Shown in pieces: positions 41,772 through 54,859 of a stretch of 64,000 bases of DNA; positions within the stretch are counted from its first letter, which is position 1; every line of letters starts with the position of its first letter. The stretch comes from Paramecium tetraurelia (Eukaryota), in the NCBI GenBank assembly GCA_000165425.1, contig CT868385.1, positions 310,001 through 374,000 of the forward strand, read 5' to 3'. The position numbers and the translations under genes are program-made. The notes below the pieces were generated by a model. That model saw only the letters and a program-made list of their open reading frames with translations. It was not told the DNA's origin and ran no database searches.

Positions 41772-42414
41772 ATGGGAAGCTCTTAATGTTGCTCTAGTTA
41801 AACAGATGAGAAATCTGAAATCATTATTAAAAATGAGATCGCTGATAAGTCCTCCAAGAGATCCATCAACAAGTCATCCAAGAAATAATAAGAGTATTCG
41901 TTTACTCAAATTAAGGGCTCCCAATTCCAAGGAGAAACTAATTGTCCATTCCAAAAAAGAAGATGAGCCAGCCACTCCTGGATTTGCTGATCTCAAATCA
42001 TATGGAAGCAAGCGCTCAGAATAATCTTAAAGACAAATATAATTAGTAGCAGAAATTGATGCGAATCCTGAAGACATTTTAAAAAATAATGAGAATATAT
42101 AACAAAGTCCTATCTAATCATAACGTTCTTTAAAGAAAAAAAGAAAAGATGATTCACCAATTTGTGATTTTCAACCCAAGAATTCTCTGAAATCTTTTGA
42201 TTCCAAAAAATTGACAAAACTAAAATCCTTGTCAGAACACAAAGTCAGATTTGAGGATAACAAAGACAATGATAGTTAAAGAAGCAATAGTGCAGACAAT
42301 AAATCAGTCAAAAGCATTATGAAATAAGAATTAAAATATAGCCAATTTCGAAAAATGTAAACACAGGGTGATGTAGAATCGAGGAAGAAAGTCTAATTTT
42401 CAAATAATAAATGA
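41772..42414 (+). CDS. Dual-acylation-motif disordered protein with PP1-docking-like motifs (206 aa)
   Basis: MGSSQCCS N-terminus, one 22-nt intron, and HKVRF, KSIMK and KKVQF motifs near the C-terminus. Confidence 0.7.
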
Positions 42415-42509
42415 TAAAACTATAGTCATTCTTTATATCTTAAGTTCACAATTTGTATATCCCATTTCTATTTTTAGTTCGAGTCAAATATAAATAAATA
42501 GGCAATTAA

Positions 42510-45500
42510 TCAATTTAATTGATATTAACATTATAAAATCAATTTTTCTTTAAACATTCTAAATATATTTTATCCTACTTCTCTCTAATTCACCTTCAGA
42601 TTTTGCTAAAATCCCGGATACTAATTATCTATATCCTCAAATTCAATCGTATACAGTAACAATTAACCATCAATCACTCGTTAAATTTAAAAATACAATT
42701 TACTTTTTTCATATTTCTAATATATTCCAACCAATATCTATGGTCTTTATTGTAAAATTCCTCTGAATAGAAGCTTAAAGCTGGACTTATTAATTTACAA
42801 TGTTCTTAGATTCACATTTAATTTTATTGTTTGACATTCATTTTAATAAATTCTATGAGGCATCAAAAATTGGAAATTGTCATTTTACTTCATTTCTAAA
42901 TCCAAAGAGTAGTTTATTCTAATATTTTCTACTTAGATTTCACTCATTTTTATCAAATCAATTATTCTAAATTTATAGTCAAAAATGTTTAAATTAGATA
43001 ATTGCTTATCAAAATATCCCATCATCAACTCATATAAAGGTAATCTATATTATTAAATTTTTTCCTATTAATTTAACCATTGTAATTGTATAACCATATT
43101 AATATTTTTTGCTTCATTTAGTCTTAAAGGATACTCAATATTAAAATATTCAGATCCTTGTTTTCTTTTTTCTTCAATAAATGTTTTAAAAAGAATAACC
43201 TCCTTAGTTTTCTCAATAGATTTAATCTCATATTAGAGAACCTCTTACAAAATTGATTCCACTTATATATTTTCAATCTTTAAAATTAATTTCATTTCCT
43301 AATTTATTGAAAAAGTAAAACTTTTGATTAAATTTCTCCAAAATCTTTCTCTTTTTGTTATTGAAATTGAATTCCCATAATCTTTAAATATTTCCATACT
43401 CATATCACTTAGCGTATGTATTTAATTAAAGGGAATTCTGCATATTAATCTTCTGCAACTTTGAGGAAGATAAATTTCTATATAATAGGTCTTCATATCT
43501 TAAATTTCCTAAATAATTATGATACTGGGGATTTTATTTTAAGTTAATTTTTTATGAACCTAATATCTATTAATAAAATTCAATGGTAATTTAATGAACT
43601 CTATAGTAGTGCATATTAAATTAATACATTTTATTTGTTAATGGAAAAATTAGAATTTTTAAGGATATGGAGTTAAATCAAGGTTATCATAATCGTAATT
43701 AGCAATCCAAGGCAATTCATTAATAAACTTTTCAGTTTTACCCTATTTTATATTTTTTATAAATATTGTAGGACGCCTAGAATTAGAAAATCTCTCGTAG
43801 CGAACGTACCTTCTCATAAGTTATTAAACATCATTAAATAGAGTTTAGATGAAATTTGAGTCATTCAAATCGTAAGATTTCTTTAGAGTATTTTGCAAAT
43901 CCTCTAGTGTTAATACTAATTTATATGAATTTGTTTTCATATTATCTTTAGAAAATAGGTTGACTTTTATCATTATATATCTTCTTTTATTTTATTTTAA
44001 TACATTTGAAGGTTTATTGAAATATATTATGATCTCGAAGAAGCAATCTCCTAATAAAGCAACCTTACTGTGAGATAATTATTTATATTGATAAAATTAA
44101 GATTCCCAAAATTTTTATGTTTTATCACCACTAATTAACGCATAATTCAATAGATTTAAGAAATCATAAAATTATTAATTGGTAAATTATTCTAGTTAAA
44201 AATATGTCTGAAGCAAATTAAAATTGCTCGCTTATTTTTCTTATAAGAATTTTTCTTTCTATAATAACTTCTTTCCATTTAAACTTAAGCTTTTACAGAT
44301 CATTTAGTTTAAAAAATAACTTCTTAGGTTACTCTAAATAGCATTAAGCAACTTTTCTTCATTTTTTATTTGAATTTGTTACCATATTTTTCTTTGGAAT
44401 GGTCTCCAAATTTTTAACTTTTTATTAGTCCAAATATAATAGATAGAATTATGTCTGAATATTTATTATTTCTGATGTATGTTCACAATTGTATTGTATG
44501 ATTACAATATTTTCAATTCTTCATAGTTTGGCAATTATATTGTTTATTCTTCAGATTCACCATCATAATCTAATCCTATAAATTTAGGAATTTATGTAAT
44601 TGGATCTAGTTTACTAGGATCTGTTAATTATAAGAATGCCTTATATTTATTATCTCTTCTTTATTAATTTTAATTTTTAGCTTCTCTATCCTTTAGCAAT
44701 TCTTAATACAAGTTTTGTAATCCTAAATTTGAAATGTAGCTTATATCAATTTTGTCTCTTAAAAATATATTTTCAATAGCCTCCATTCTTTGTATTTCTA
44801 AAGTCCTCCTCTAAATCTTTTTTAATTGAAATTCCTTTTTTCTTTCTTCATAGTATTCAAGTTTTAATTTTGAATCCTTAATATGAGCAAATTAACTCAA
44901 ATATTATAAGACTGAAATCTTTTATAGTTTACTTAATCCAAATTATTAAACATATTAGGATATCTCAAAATCTGAAATAAACCATTTGATGAATTCTTTA
45001 AATGTTATTGTAGCAGAGTCTTTCCAAACATTATCGAAAGGAAAGATTAATTCAAAAACAATTTAAATCTTTACTAAATCTTTCATTTTTAATACTTATT
45101 GATTGAATAACTCAATATTCGACTTTAAAACTTAACTTACACTTACAATAAAATATTATTTATCAATTTTTAAAATTCCAATTAAAAGAATTTCATTTAA
45201 TTGAAAAGGGTTATTGTAAATAGATTTAAATATCTATTTTTCAAATTTAACTTAATTCCAAAAATATTCAACATCAAAATTTTAGATTTTAACATCTCTA
45301 TCTTGTTTCCATAAAGGTGACACAGTAAAATAATCACATTTTTTGAAAACAGTTCTCATTTTACAATTTAATTCATCTTCTTCCTCTAGAGCAATATCGT
45401 GTATCTTTAGATCATCAGTCTCAAATATTTCATTGCCAATTAAATTCATTTGTGTATCTAAAAGGATATGACCTGAATTGAACAATTATTATTAAGAGGA

Positions 45501-48500
45501 AGATACATTTGCAATATTCCTTCTCTGAAAAGAAGTTAAAGGTGGTTGAAAACTCAATGAAGCACTTTGAGACACTGATGCAAATTACAACTCATGATCT
45601 TTAGACTGATTATTTAAAAGGAGTATAGAATCTTGAGATCTACTTGATGAAGTTTCTTCAACCAAGCAAACAGAAGTTTAAGGTCGCCTCAAAATTTTTC
45701 TTTGTTTTTATTGAGGTAAGAGTAATTAGTTAGTTTTTTTAGTTTGAGAAGCAGTGGGAGTTAATGTATATTAATTTCTTTAAGCAAATTAAATTCTGGA
45801 TTGAGTTAATAATCGAGAATTAAAGCGTCTTCTCTCCTAATATTAAGGAGACAATAAATTTTCAGGAATATTCAAAGCTTTCATTGTAAATTGATTTATT
45901 TCTGGTTCCCTAATAGAAACATCAAGCATTTATAAATATGATGATTCAGGTTCTTCAAGTAATAATAATTTGGTTGTTGACTTGTATTCTTAAAACTATT
46001 CTATAATAGGATTTGTTCTAATAGTATAGATTATACTACCATTCTAAGCTTTTCTTTCTTACTTCTAAGAACCTGATTCAACTGAATCTTTGAAATTTAG
46101 ATCAGTTTAACTTACTCTCAAATTGATCTTCAAACTACAGTCTTCTGTTTCGAAGTTTTAAGGTTTAAAATAATATTACCTTTTCTCTTATCTTTATTTT
46201 TAATAATATGATTATATTAATTTTTTGTTTAATTTTGCTTAAATTTGATTTGTGTAAAATAATTTCTTACCATTAATTTATTTTTTCTCACAGACATTAA
46301 CCATTATGATAGATAATAATTACACTATGGAAGTCAAAGTTTCATCAAAATTATCACCCATATAAATCAAGATAGAAGAAGCAAAAGGAATTTTTATTAG
46401 ATTTAACTCTATAAATTCTGACAATTAATTTTAACAAAATGATAGGCCTTCGAATTGACTTTAAGAATTCCAATGGTCTGATATAAATTGGATTGGTAAA
46501 CAGATCTGATAAGATCTAATTGACTTTTCAATCGTAAAATAGAAAACTAAGGATTCATTATTTATTAATCTTGACTTGAATCCTATAAATCTTAAAATTT
46601 AATCGGATTAATCTGTGCAGAAAAAATTGCAATCTCCTTATACTTAATACTCATATCCAAATTAAAGATTTTCAAGTGTTTATTGAATTTATTGCTCTTG
46701 AGTTTTTTCTCTAGATATAATATTTTATATAATACTTAAAATTTATTTCACTTTCTGATTTGATATTCATTAAATTACTGCTTGTTTGACTATAAAATGA
46801 ACAGTCTTTTTATTTTTAAATTATTTTTGGTTACAAATATGCTTCTTTTTTATGAATAAACTTTAAGGATTCTACCGATGAAGTATTACTACGTTTAATG
46901 AAATTTCGAAAAATCTAAGGTTTAGTTATTGTCTCTGGAACCTTTTCTGTCATCTTTTCCTCATTGCTGTATTATTGAGCTTAGTTTATTTTAATTGAAT
47001 CAAGTCTTAACCTTGTTGAATCAATTTTCCATTTAAAGTATTTCTAGATTCTTATAATTTTATCCAAATTTTATTCAAAATAATCAACTTAATTTTACTA
47101 TTACATAAGTTCACCTGCAAAATTATAATAAAATTCTATATACCTAAAATATTTATAGATTTTTGAGAAGTAAGCTAGTGCATAGCATCTAAAACTTAAT
47201 TAGATTTTTTGGTGCTCAATTCAGTAACTAACACTTATTTATTTTTTGTATTATTAAATTCTTAAGTATTCATCTATTTTAGAACCTTTTTCAAGGGATC
47301 ATTTTTGTATTAAATACTTGATGACGAGCCTTTACTCTTACTAGGTTTAACTTAGTTCAAAATTTAAGAATTCTTCATGTAATTTTACTAATTAACACCA
47401 GATTTTGGTCTCTAGATCATTAAATTTAATAACTTAGCATTTTAATTGGTTTTGGCATTTTTATTATCTAAACATTCTTGAGTTTTTTGGGATTGAATAG
47501 TTTAAATTGTTTTATTGATATTACTTGATAAAATAGGTTTATCTTGATTTTTGGCAATTATTGTTTGAAATTATGTGGTATCAGTTTTATTTCTACTTCT
47601 AAAAGTAAGAATTAAATTTACTCTAAGTTATTGCAATTAAGAAAATAGTAAAACTGATTTTCCCCTTGGCTTATTGTTCTTGAATTTAATTTTGATTTTG
47701 TTGTTTAATCATTGGATTTTTTTATATCGTCAAGGCTTTTTCTGGATTGATGAGTAATTTAAATAGATAATTTCGATTATGAATTATTTCTATTTATCTC
47801 ATAAAATGAACCTCTTCTTTAAGTATGTTTAGAGCATGAAGGTTTAATTAATTTTTTAAATGTTAAATTATTGTTGTCTTAAAGAGACTATCTCATTTTA
47901 TCAGTAATTAAGTGTTTTGTAGAATCTTGTTTGGAGAGTGGTTTTTTTAATTCTATTTTACTGTGCTCTTCCAATTCCTCTTCGAATAAAATTTATTACT
48001 TTATTTATTGCATTTTGAGGAGAGTCTACTTAGTTTTTTAATGTTCATCCCCTAGAGAAATTTTAGAATACTTGTGGATCTCGGTATATAAGGAAAGTTG
48101 TTGATTATTAGAATTTACTGTTGATAATTGAAATTCTAACATCTATATTAGCATATTGATTTGCTTCTTAGTGTGATTACTTTTGATTTAACTCTTTATC
48201 AATAGTATGCATTCGTTTGCAGCATAATACTTTCTTTCTTTATTTTTGAGTTTATCCCAAAAAATGGCAAGAATATAATACAATTCTTAGAGTTCTACTT
48301 CGTTTGCCCAATCAAGACTCTTATTACATTATTTAACAAACATTTCAAGCTCTATCAAAATATTTAATCCTTACTATAGCTGACCCTTGCTTTCCATAGC
48401 TTTACTCAATTTTATTGCAATAACTATCATTAACTTCCAATGTTAATTTGACAAATTGGAAATTATAGATACGCCTAAGGAAAGTAGTTTTTTATAAACT

Positions 48501-48702
48501 TTGAATGTAATCTTGAATATATACCTTTGGTGAGAATTTCAATTTATTGTTCACTTTATTATATATCAGCATAAGAACTTGCAACCTTACCATACTAAAG
48601 CAATAACCTTTAACTATCTTCATGCTAGATACCATGGCGCATAAGTTATAGTTCAAGCTATTTCTCAAGTTAAAGAATGAGAATCAAATTGCTTTTAGAC
48701 AT
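42510..48702 (-). CDS. Very large hypothetical protein (about 2000 aa) with helical TPR-like N-terminus and an IQ-like motif
   Basis: Starts MSKSNLILILQLEKQLELQLMRHG. The frame stays open across 46000-47000 (25-nt intron near 46711-46735), joining what first looked like two genes. IQ-like LLNAIQSNLRSYF near 44320-44350. Confidence 0.65.
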
Positions 48703-49405
48703 TTTTGTAAATAAATTAATCAATTTGAATATAATCAATAAAACAAACATAAAGTAAAATCATTTATAATTTCTAACATTTCAATAACTAAAATGTTTAA
48801 TAATAGGATTTATTATTATCATATTTGAAACTTTTCTGTTTTAATATTTTTTAATGTAAATTTAATTTAATTATTCTTATCCAAATAAATACACACAAGA
48901 ATAATTAATTAATGATCCTATTTTACTTATTTAAATACTTGACATATTATTTATGTATGAAAATCCAAAATATCCAAACAAGTATAATATTAATTATAAA
49001 ATTAAAGGTTATTTTCATTTAATAATATCAATATTAATATTTAATACATTCTCTTTAGTCTTATTTAAATCTACAAAATACCTATTTATCCTAATGATAA
49101 TGATCCTTATCATATCGATTGCCAAAGTCTCTATGAATTATTAGATAACAACCACTGATTTTCATGGGCTAAATTCAATATATTGATTTTATTCTACAAA
49201 ATGCTGATTAATTTATTAATACTATTATATTTTAAGGTTCGATAAGAGATGTAATCTTTATTCTTAATTTGATAGGAATTATTCTCATAAAATTTGAGTT
49301 GGAGTGGAAATTACTAGGCAATAATATAAATTCTGATGAGTGGAATGATAAATTTGACGCGTAGTGATGATCTCGAATTATTGAAATTAATAAATATATA
49401 TTTAA

Positions 49406-50482
49406 ATGAGTTTAATTTTAAAGAATAACATTGTTTTTCCAATTTTTAAACATCAAGAAACTCTTACTTACCAAAATAGATAAAAGTCAACTCATGTCGC
49501 TTAAAGAGTTGATACCTCTTCTCCATTTAATCGTTTAGCATCTCCATAAAACAGGACCATAAATTTAAGCCCTTAAAGAGCATAGAGTATAAAAATTAGT
49601 CCTAGAAATAAATAAAATAGTTTTATCACTCCAAAACCTATTAGATATGAAGAAAATCATAGTCTGTAATGTTATTTAAACCATTTGAACTCCATGAGTG
49701 CTTTGAAATCGCCAAGAAGTATATTTTATGAATATAATGAGAAGTGATTCCATAATCGACAGAAAACAGAATGATTTTACAAAGAGTTAAATCAATAAAG
49801 GAGTCATCCAATAAACGGAAGAAGGTTAGTTTGTTGGAAACAGTCCATAATCCAAATGCTTATTAATATAAAAAGTTTACTGAGCAGCTCTACAATTTAA
49901 TCCACAACCTCCATTAATTAAAAGTAAATACATTTAACATTCTTAGGATTATTTGAATAATTAAAGAAAGCTTTTTTAAGTTGTTAAAAATTTGATTGGC
50001 ATCAAAAAAAATCTTTATAGAATATTAATTAAGCCATAAACAGAGGAATTGCATGATTTCTCAGAGATATCTCGATTGTGTTGCATCAAAGATGTGCAAT
50101 TCATAAATGGGGAATAGAGAGTCATAGAAAAATTCGATTTATCATTAATGGAAGACCTAATCTACATGACTGATTCGATTAAACAATTATTACTATAAAA
50201 TCAATTGAAAGCCATCAATAGGATGAGTGACAATGTATATCTATATTAAATAATAATAAGATTAGAGTTGAATAAAGTGAAATTAGTAAATTGAAAGGAT
50301 AACTTGGAATTCGTGAACAAAATCACTCCTTATCGATTGAATCATTGGCAATGAAGAAATTCTAACCACATCTAGAACTAAAATGCATTGAATAAAAGCT
50401 AGGTTAAATGAATTACATTCCTAAACAAGTAAGAGAGACCTCTGAATTGCTTTGTGATATCGTCGACAAATTGAATGGATGA
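49406..50482 (+). CDS. Hypothetical protein
   Basis: Starts MSLILKNNIVFPIFKHQE. Three tiny introns give an open frame to DIVDKLNG-TGA. Confidence 0.7.
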
Positions 50483-50528
50483 GTACTAATAATATATTTA
50501 TTTTTTAATTAAATATTAGTCAATTATT

Positions 50529-51456
50529 ATGCCACCTAAACCTTGGGAAAGTTAATAAAGTAATAAGATTAATTAAACTTAAAGGAGTTTAAAAAGCAAC
50601 AGCAATAACTTAAGAATTATAATAGAACCAGACAATAAACAAATCTCCTGATTTGCAGATTTAAGATACTGGTATTGGAGAAATGACTCAAGAATAGGCT
50701 GCACAGGTTTCTGCTCTAGCAGCCAATTCAGGAACAAATAACCAGACCTCGTATTAAATTAAAAAAATATCCATTAGTTCATTAAATAACAATTTAAACT
50801 CCACTACAGGACTTGGCTATGGAGGTCTAAACAGTTATGGTGGAGGATATGGAGGAATGGGATATGGTGGTATGGGTGGATACGGAGGATATGGAGGATA
50901 TAGTAGTGGATATGGAGGAGGCATGGGAATGGGAATGGGCATGGGCTATGGTATGGGAGGCTATGGTAAGTGAATATATTGAAATTAGGAATGAATAGAT
51001 TTGGAATGGGAATGGGAGCAGGAATGTAGTAGGGTAGCAAAATGATGCAGGCTTTGGAATATTTGGATAGTGTTGGTTTCGTTGTTAATAGTCTTTGTGA
51101 AATAGCTAGGATGATAGAAATGAATACTCAAGGATTATATAATTTGGGGTATCTATAATAATAGAAATTTGCATAGAATCAGCGGATTAGCCTTGCTAGG
51201 AAGATTATATACAGGAAATAAATGGTTATGGCATGTTATTATTAATTTTATCAAGAAAATTTATTACTAAATAAAGACATTTCTATTATTTGAAAATTAA
51301 ACATCGAATTAGATAAATTAAAAGTACAAAAAGCTATTGATTTTCGGAATAATTGTATCAGCACTGTTATTATCAACTTTAATATATCCTAAAATGGTTA
51401 GTAACAATTCTTCAAATCCCATACTCGATTAAGTTTTTAATTAATAAAAAATATGA
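50529..51456 (+). CDS. PEX13: Peroxin PEX13 (SH3-less form)
   Basis: N-terminal PPKPWE motif, YG/MG-rich domain, amphipathic helix ALEYLDSVGFVVNSLCEIARMIEMNT and a C-terminal TM segment. Stops without an SH3 domain. Confidence 0.85.
50809..50965 (+). repeat. YG/MG low-complexity repeat of PEX13
   Basis: GYGGLNSYGGGYGGMGYGGMGGYGGYGGYSSGYGGGMGMGMGMGYGMGGYG; nine YG dipeptides. Confidence 0.85.
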
Positions 51457-51679
51457 ATGAATAAGATATTTGAATATATACAAATTATATATATTTGTTA
51501 TTGTGTTTTTAATAAACTAATAATCTATTTTTTTAAGAAATCAATTTATCACTTAATTTTGATATCATTAACAAGAATGTCATAATTTAGTTCTTCATAT
51601 ACCTTAGTATTTTTAATTAAATAGTTTATATATAAAAAATACTATTATCATGTTTTTTATTTATTTTATTATTTTATAC

Positions 51680-53156
51680 TCACATGACCTTCCAAGATTT
51701 TAGATCGAAACTATTATTAAATATAAATGATATGTTTACTATTGTAATTTAATTAATTTATCTTTGATAACCGTAAAGTAAATCAATCCATACAACCATC
51801 CCAACAGCACAACAGTCTTATAAGGAAGTAAATGCAACAAAAACAATGAAACACTTGCTGAAAACTGAGTTCCAAACAAATAACTGCTAAATAATAGAGT
51901 AGCATAGGTTCCTCCGATTGCAGGATCAGCAATTCTCAAAAAAAATCCAGACAATGTGCAGGAAATAAAGGAATTGTTAAATTCATATAAATATTATAAG
52001 ACAAACTAACTTATATTACATATTTTACATAAAGAGTTTAAGTAAAATTGTTGTAACCTCCCATTTTAATGAAGCTAATTACATAAACGAAATGAGCACC
52101 CATTACCAAAAACATGAAATAATAAGCATTTAACACCCAGGTCATTTCTTTCCCTCTTTATAAGTATTTAGCAACCAATAAAGAACTCAATATCCAAGAT
52201 GTTGTGCATATTGCTTCAATAGTTGCATATTCGGATTATGGAAATCCCATTTAAATTAAGTTTAATGAAGTTGAAGCTATTACAGGTGCAAATGCAAATC
52301 TTCTTGTTAATAAAAAGAGTAATAAAAATCTTAAATTTGAATTGCTTAACAATGAAAAGGATAATTTTAAAACTGATATAAAATTAGTCTTTTCCTCTTC
52401 CACAGGATCTTCAGTAACCAAACATTGTGTTAGGATGGCAATAAATAAAATTAATGATCCTAGAATGTATGTGTATGAGTTTAATGATATGATTGGTTAG
52501 TCTAAACCCAAATATTAATGACAAAAGTAAGGGGATGTGATATTCATCAAAATAGCATAGCTAAAGACATACCCTAATGACAATCCAACCATTTAACAAG
52601 TTGCTCCCAAATGAACGTAATGTTTGGAAAAGGAGGATAGAACCCAACCATTAGTTGCTATAGTTGCACACGCTTGCAAAACTGTGAGCAATATGGTCAA
52701 TCCAAATAAAGGATACAAATTTAGGTGTTCAATCCATTATGAGTATCCACTGTATGCCAAAGTTAGAAATGTGAAACCAACCATATACAAAGATGGTATC
52801 ACATAAGTTTTCCTCTTTCCAAATTTTGCTATATAGAAACTATCAACAAAGGGAGCCAAAATCAACTTGAAAGACAGTGGATAAAAACTAGTAACCCAAA
52901 AAGCTAGGTTATAATTAATTCTTTTACCCATTTAACCAGATGAAATACCGCTTCCCTATAGTAGGAGGGTCAAGGAGGAATAAAATCCAGCCGGTATTCC
53001 AATAACAAAATACAATACAGTAAACCTTATGATGGCTTTTATTTCTGGATTTGAAATGGCAGGTTTCATTTTTTCTGAGATTTGCTCTTGTACTGATAGT
53101 TCTTATGGATCTTCAATTTAGAACTCATTCATTTCTATTTCTTCCTTTGCATGCAT
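51680..53156 (-). CDS. Acetyl-CoA transporter (SLC33A1/AT-1, AmpG-like MFS)
   Basis: LYFVIGIPAG, YPLSFKLILAPFVDSFYIAKFGKRKTYVIP, ADPAIGGTYATL; many TM helices. Confidence 0.88.
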
Positions 53157-53481
53157 TTTAAAATTAATATTATAATATTTCATATATGTTCTTATAATAT
53201 ATCTTGTTTTTTTATACATATAATACATCAAACCATGAAATAATGTAAGTTATTACAGCCAAATATCAGAACTTCATTTAATATTTAAATAACGAATAAT
53301 AAAATTATTTAACAATCGTTACAACAGAAGTAGCCTTACTTTTTCAAATCGAAATACATAAACCAAAAAGAGAACTCATAAGTATTGTATATGAGTTGAA
53401 ACAAAAAATAGGTTAAAACGATTATCAATTCTTTTGTCAATAGATTAAAATCCAATATTATTAAAATATAATGCATACACA

Positions 53482-54388
53482 TCATTCAATACATTAGGAG
53501 CAGCAACACTTTTACAAGCATAAACAACACATATCACTATATCTTTCTTCATAATAGTTGTAGTCCAAAAAGAAAACAGCTGAGAGAATAAGAGCTTTTT
53601 CATCGAAAGATGATAATTTAGGAAATTGGACTGCATATTCCGATTCTACATTCAACATGCATTGATAACAACATCCCTTCTTTTAGCCGATCTTCTTTAT
53701 CTCAGCTATTTTCTAAATATATAATTTATTACTTTATTGAATCTATTAAGGATGTCAAAAGAAATTGTTTGACAAAAACCACAAGGTAGATAACAGTATG
53801 TTTAGAATTAATTCCAAATACCTTTTATATTAAATAACAAATTATTATTTGCATCAAATATCTCAACTGTTTTTTATATTGAAAATAAAGAGGATCTAAC
53901 ATATCCGATAGTGTTTCCCGTTGACCCTATCACCTTGATATCAGGTCTTATATCATTGAATTTATATTTACCTATTCACACATAAGCAAGAGCACTTATA
54001 ATTCCTGTTTAGCGTAAACAGTAATTTTTGATTAGTTGAACTTAAGTTTTGTTTCACCTCCATATTAAATGATCTACAAGAGCTCGGCAATGATATTCTC
54101 TAATAGCATTCCGTTTCTGCATTTGCCTTAAAGCACGGCTTTGATTTTTTCTTCTCAATATCTGTGCCGAAATTATCCATAGCGTAAATAAAGTAAACAT
54201 TTTGATTGTCACAATGAGATGAAGCTGTAAATACATTAAATCTTTGGGCTACATACATATAGTCAATCTTTGAAAATGCATCGTTCTCGGCACTATCAAT
54301 GTTTATCTAAAATTATCCTCATAACTACTTAAATGTTCGATTCTAATGACAAATTGCAATCATTTTAAGTATTTTTCTTTGAATTCAT
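53482..54388 (-). CDS. Phospholipid scramblase (PLSCR family)
   Basis: R.CSCLCVNRPDIKV..GNTIGYV, YAVQFPKLSSFDEKALILSAVFFLDYNYYE, Cys-rich C-terminus. Three introns (22, 25, 20 nt). Confidence 0.9.
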
Positions 54389-54859
54389 AGATCCAAATTA
54401 AAATAATATATATGTAATTTTATGTAATAGTTGCCTTTATAATATTTAATCTACCTTTAAAAATAAAATCCAATTTCTCAAAATTATACTAAAATATTAT
54501 CATTATCTATTCAATGATACTGCTAAAACTCAATCTACATTTTTTTAATAGATAAGTAAATATAATAAAAAGATCCAATCATAATGACTAATATAATAAG
54601 ATCCTCTGCCTCTATTACCTACTATTCCTCAGGAACATCATGTTACGCGCACAGATGAACAAGCACTGCAATTAATATTTCATCAATTAATAAACAAAAG
54701 CTCTCAAATAAAAATTGGAGTTAATAATTAAAAAGTTAAGAAATTAAATACTTGATTAGAAATTCATAAAATATAAATGAAATAATTTGAAAAATGGGCT
54801 AATCAAAAAAATTTGATCTTGAAATTATAAGGTTGATTTTATTATAAAACCTTTATTCA

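Noticed and set aside
33626..42414. Functional cluster of FHA proteins, CHFR, pseudokinases and a PP1-docking protein
   Set aside because: These families are abundant in ciliates and neighbourhood alone is not evidence of an operon-like system; the genes are reported individually.
46306..47000. Apparent + strand membrane-protein pseudogene with TGA at Trp-like positions
   Set aside because: The minus strand is continuously open here as part of the 42510-48702 gene; the + strand is its antisense shadow.
48703..49405. ORF-track 48953-49144 and nearby coding-like text
   Set aside because: Extremely AT-rich and interrupted by TGA; no supportable gene.
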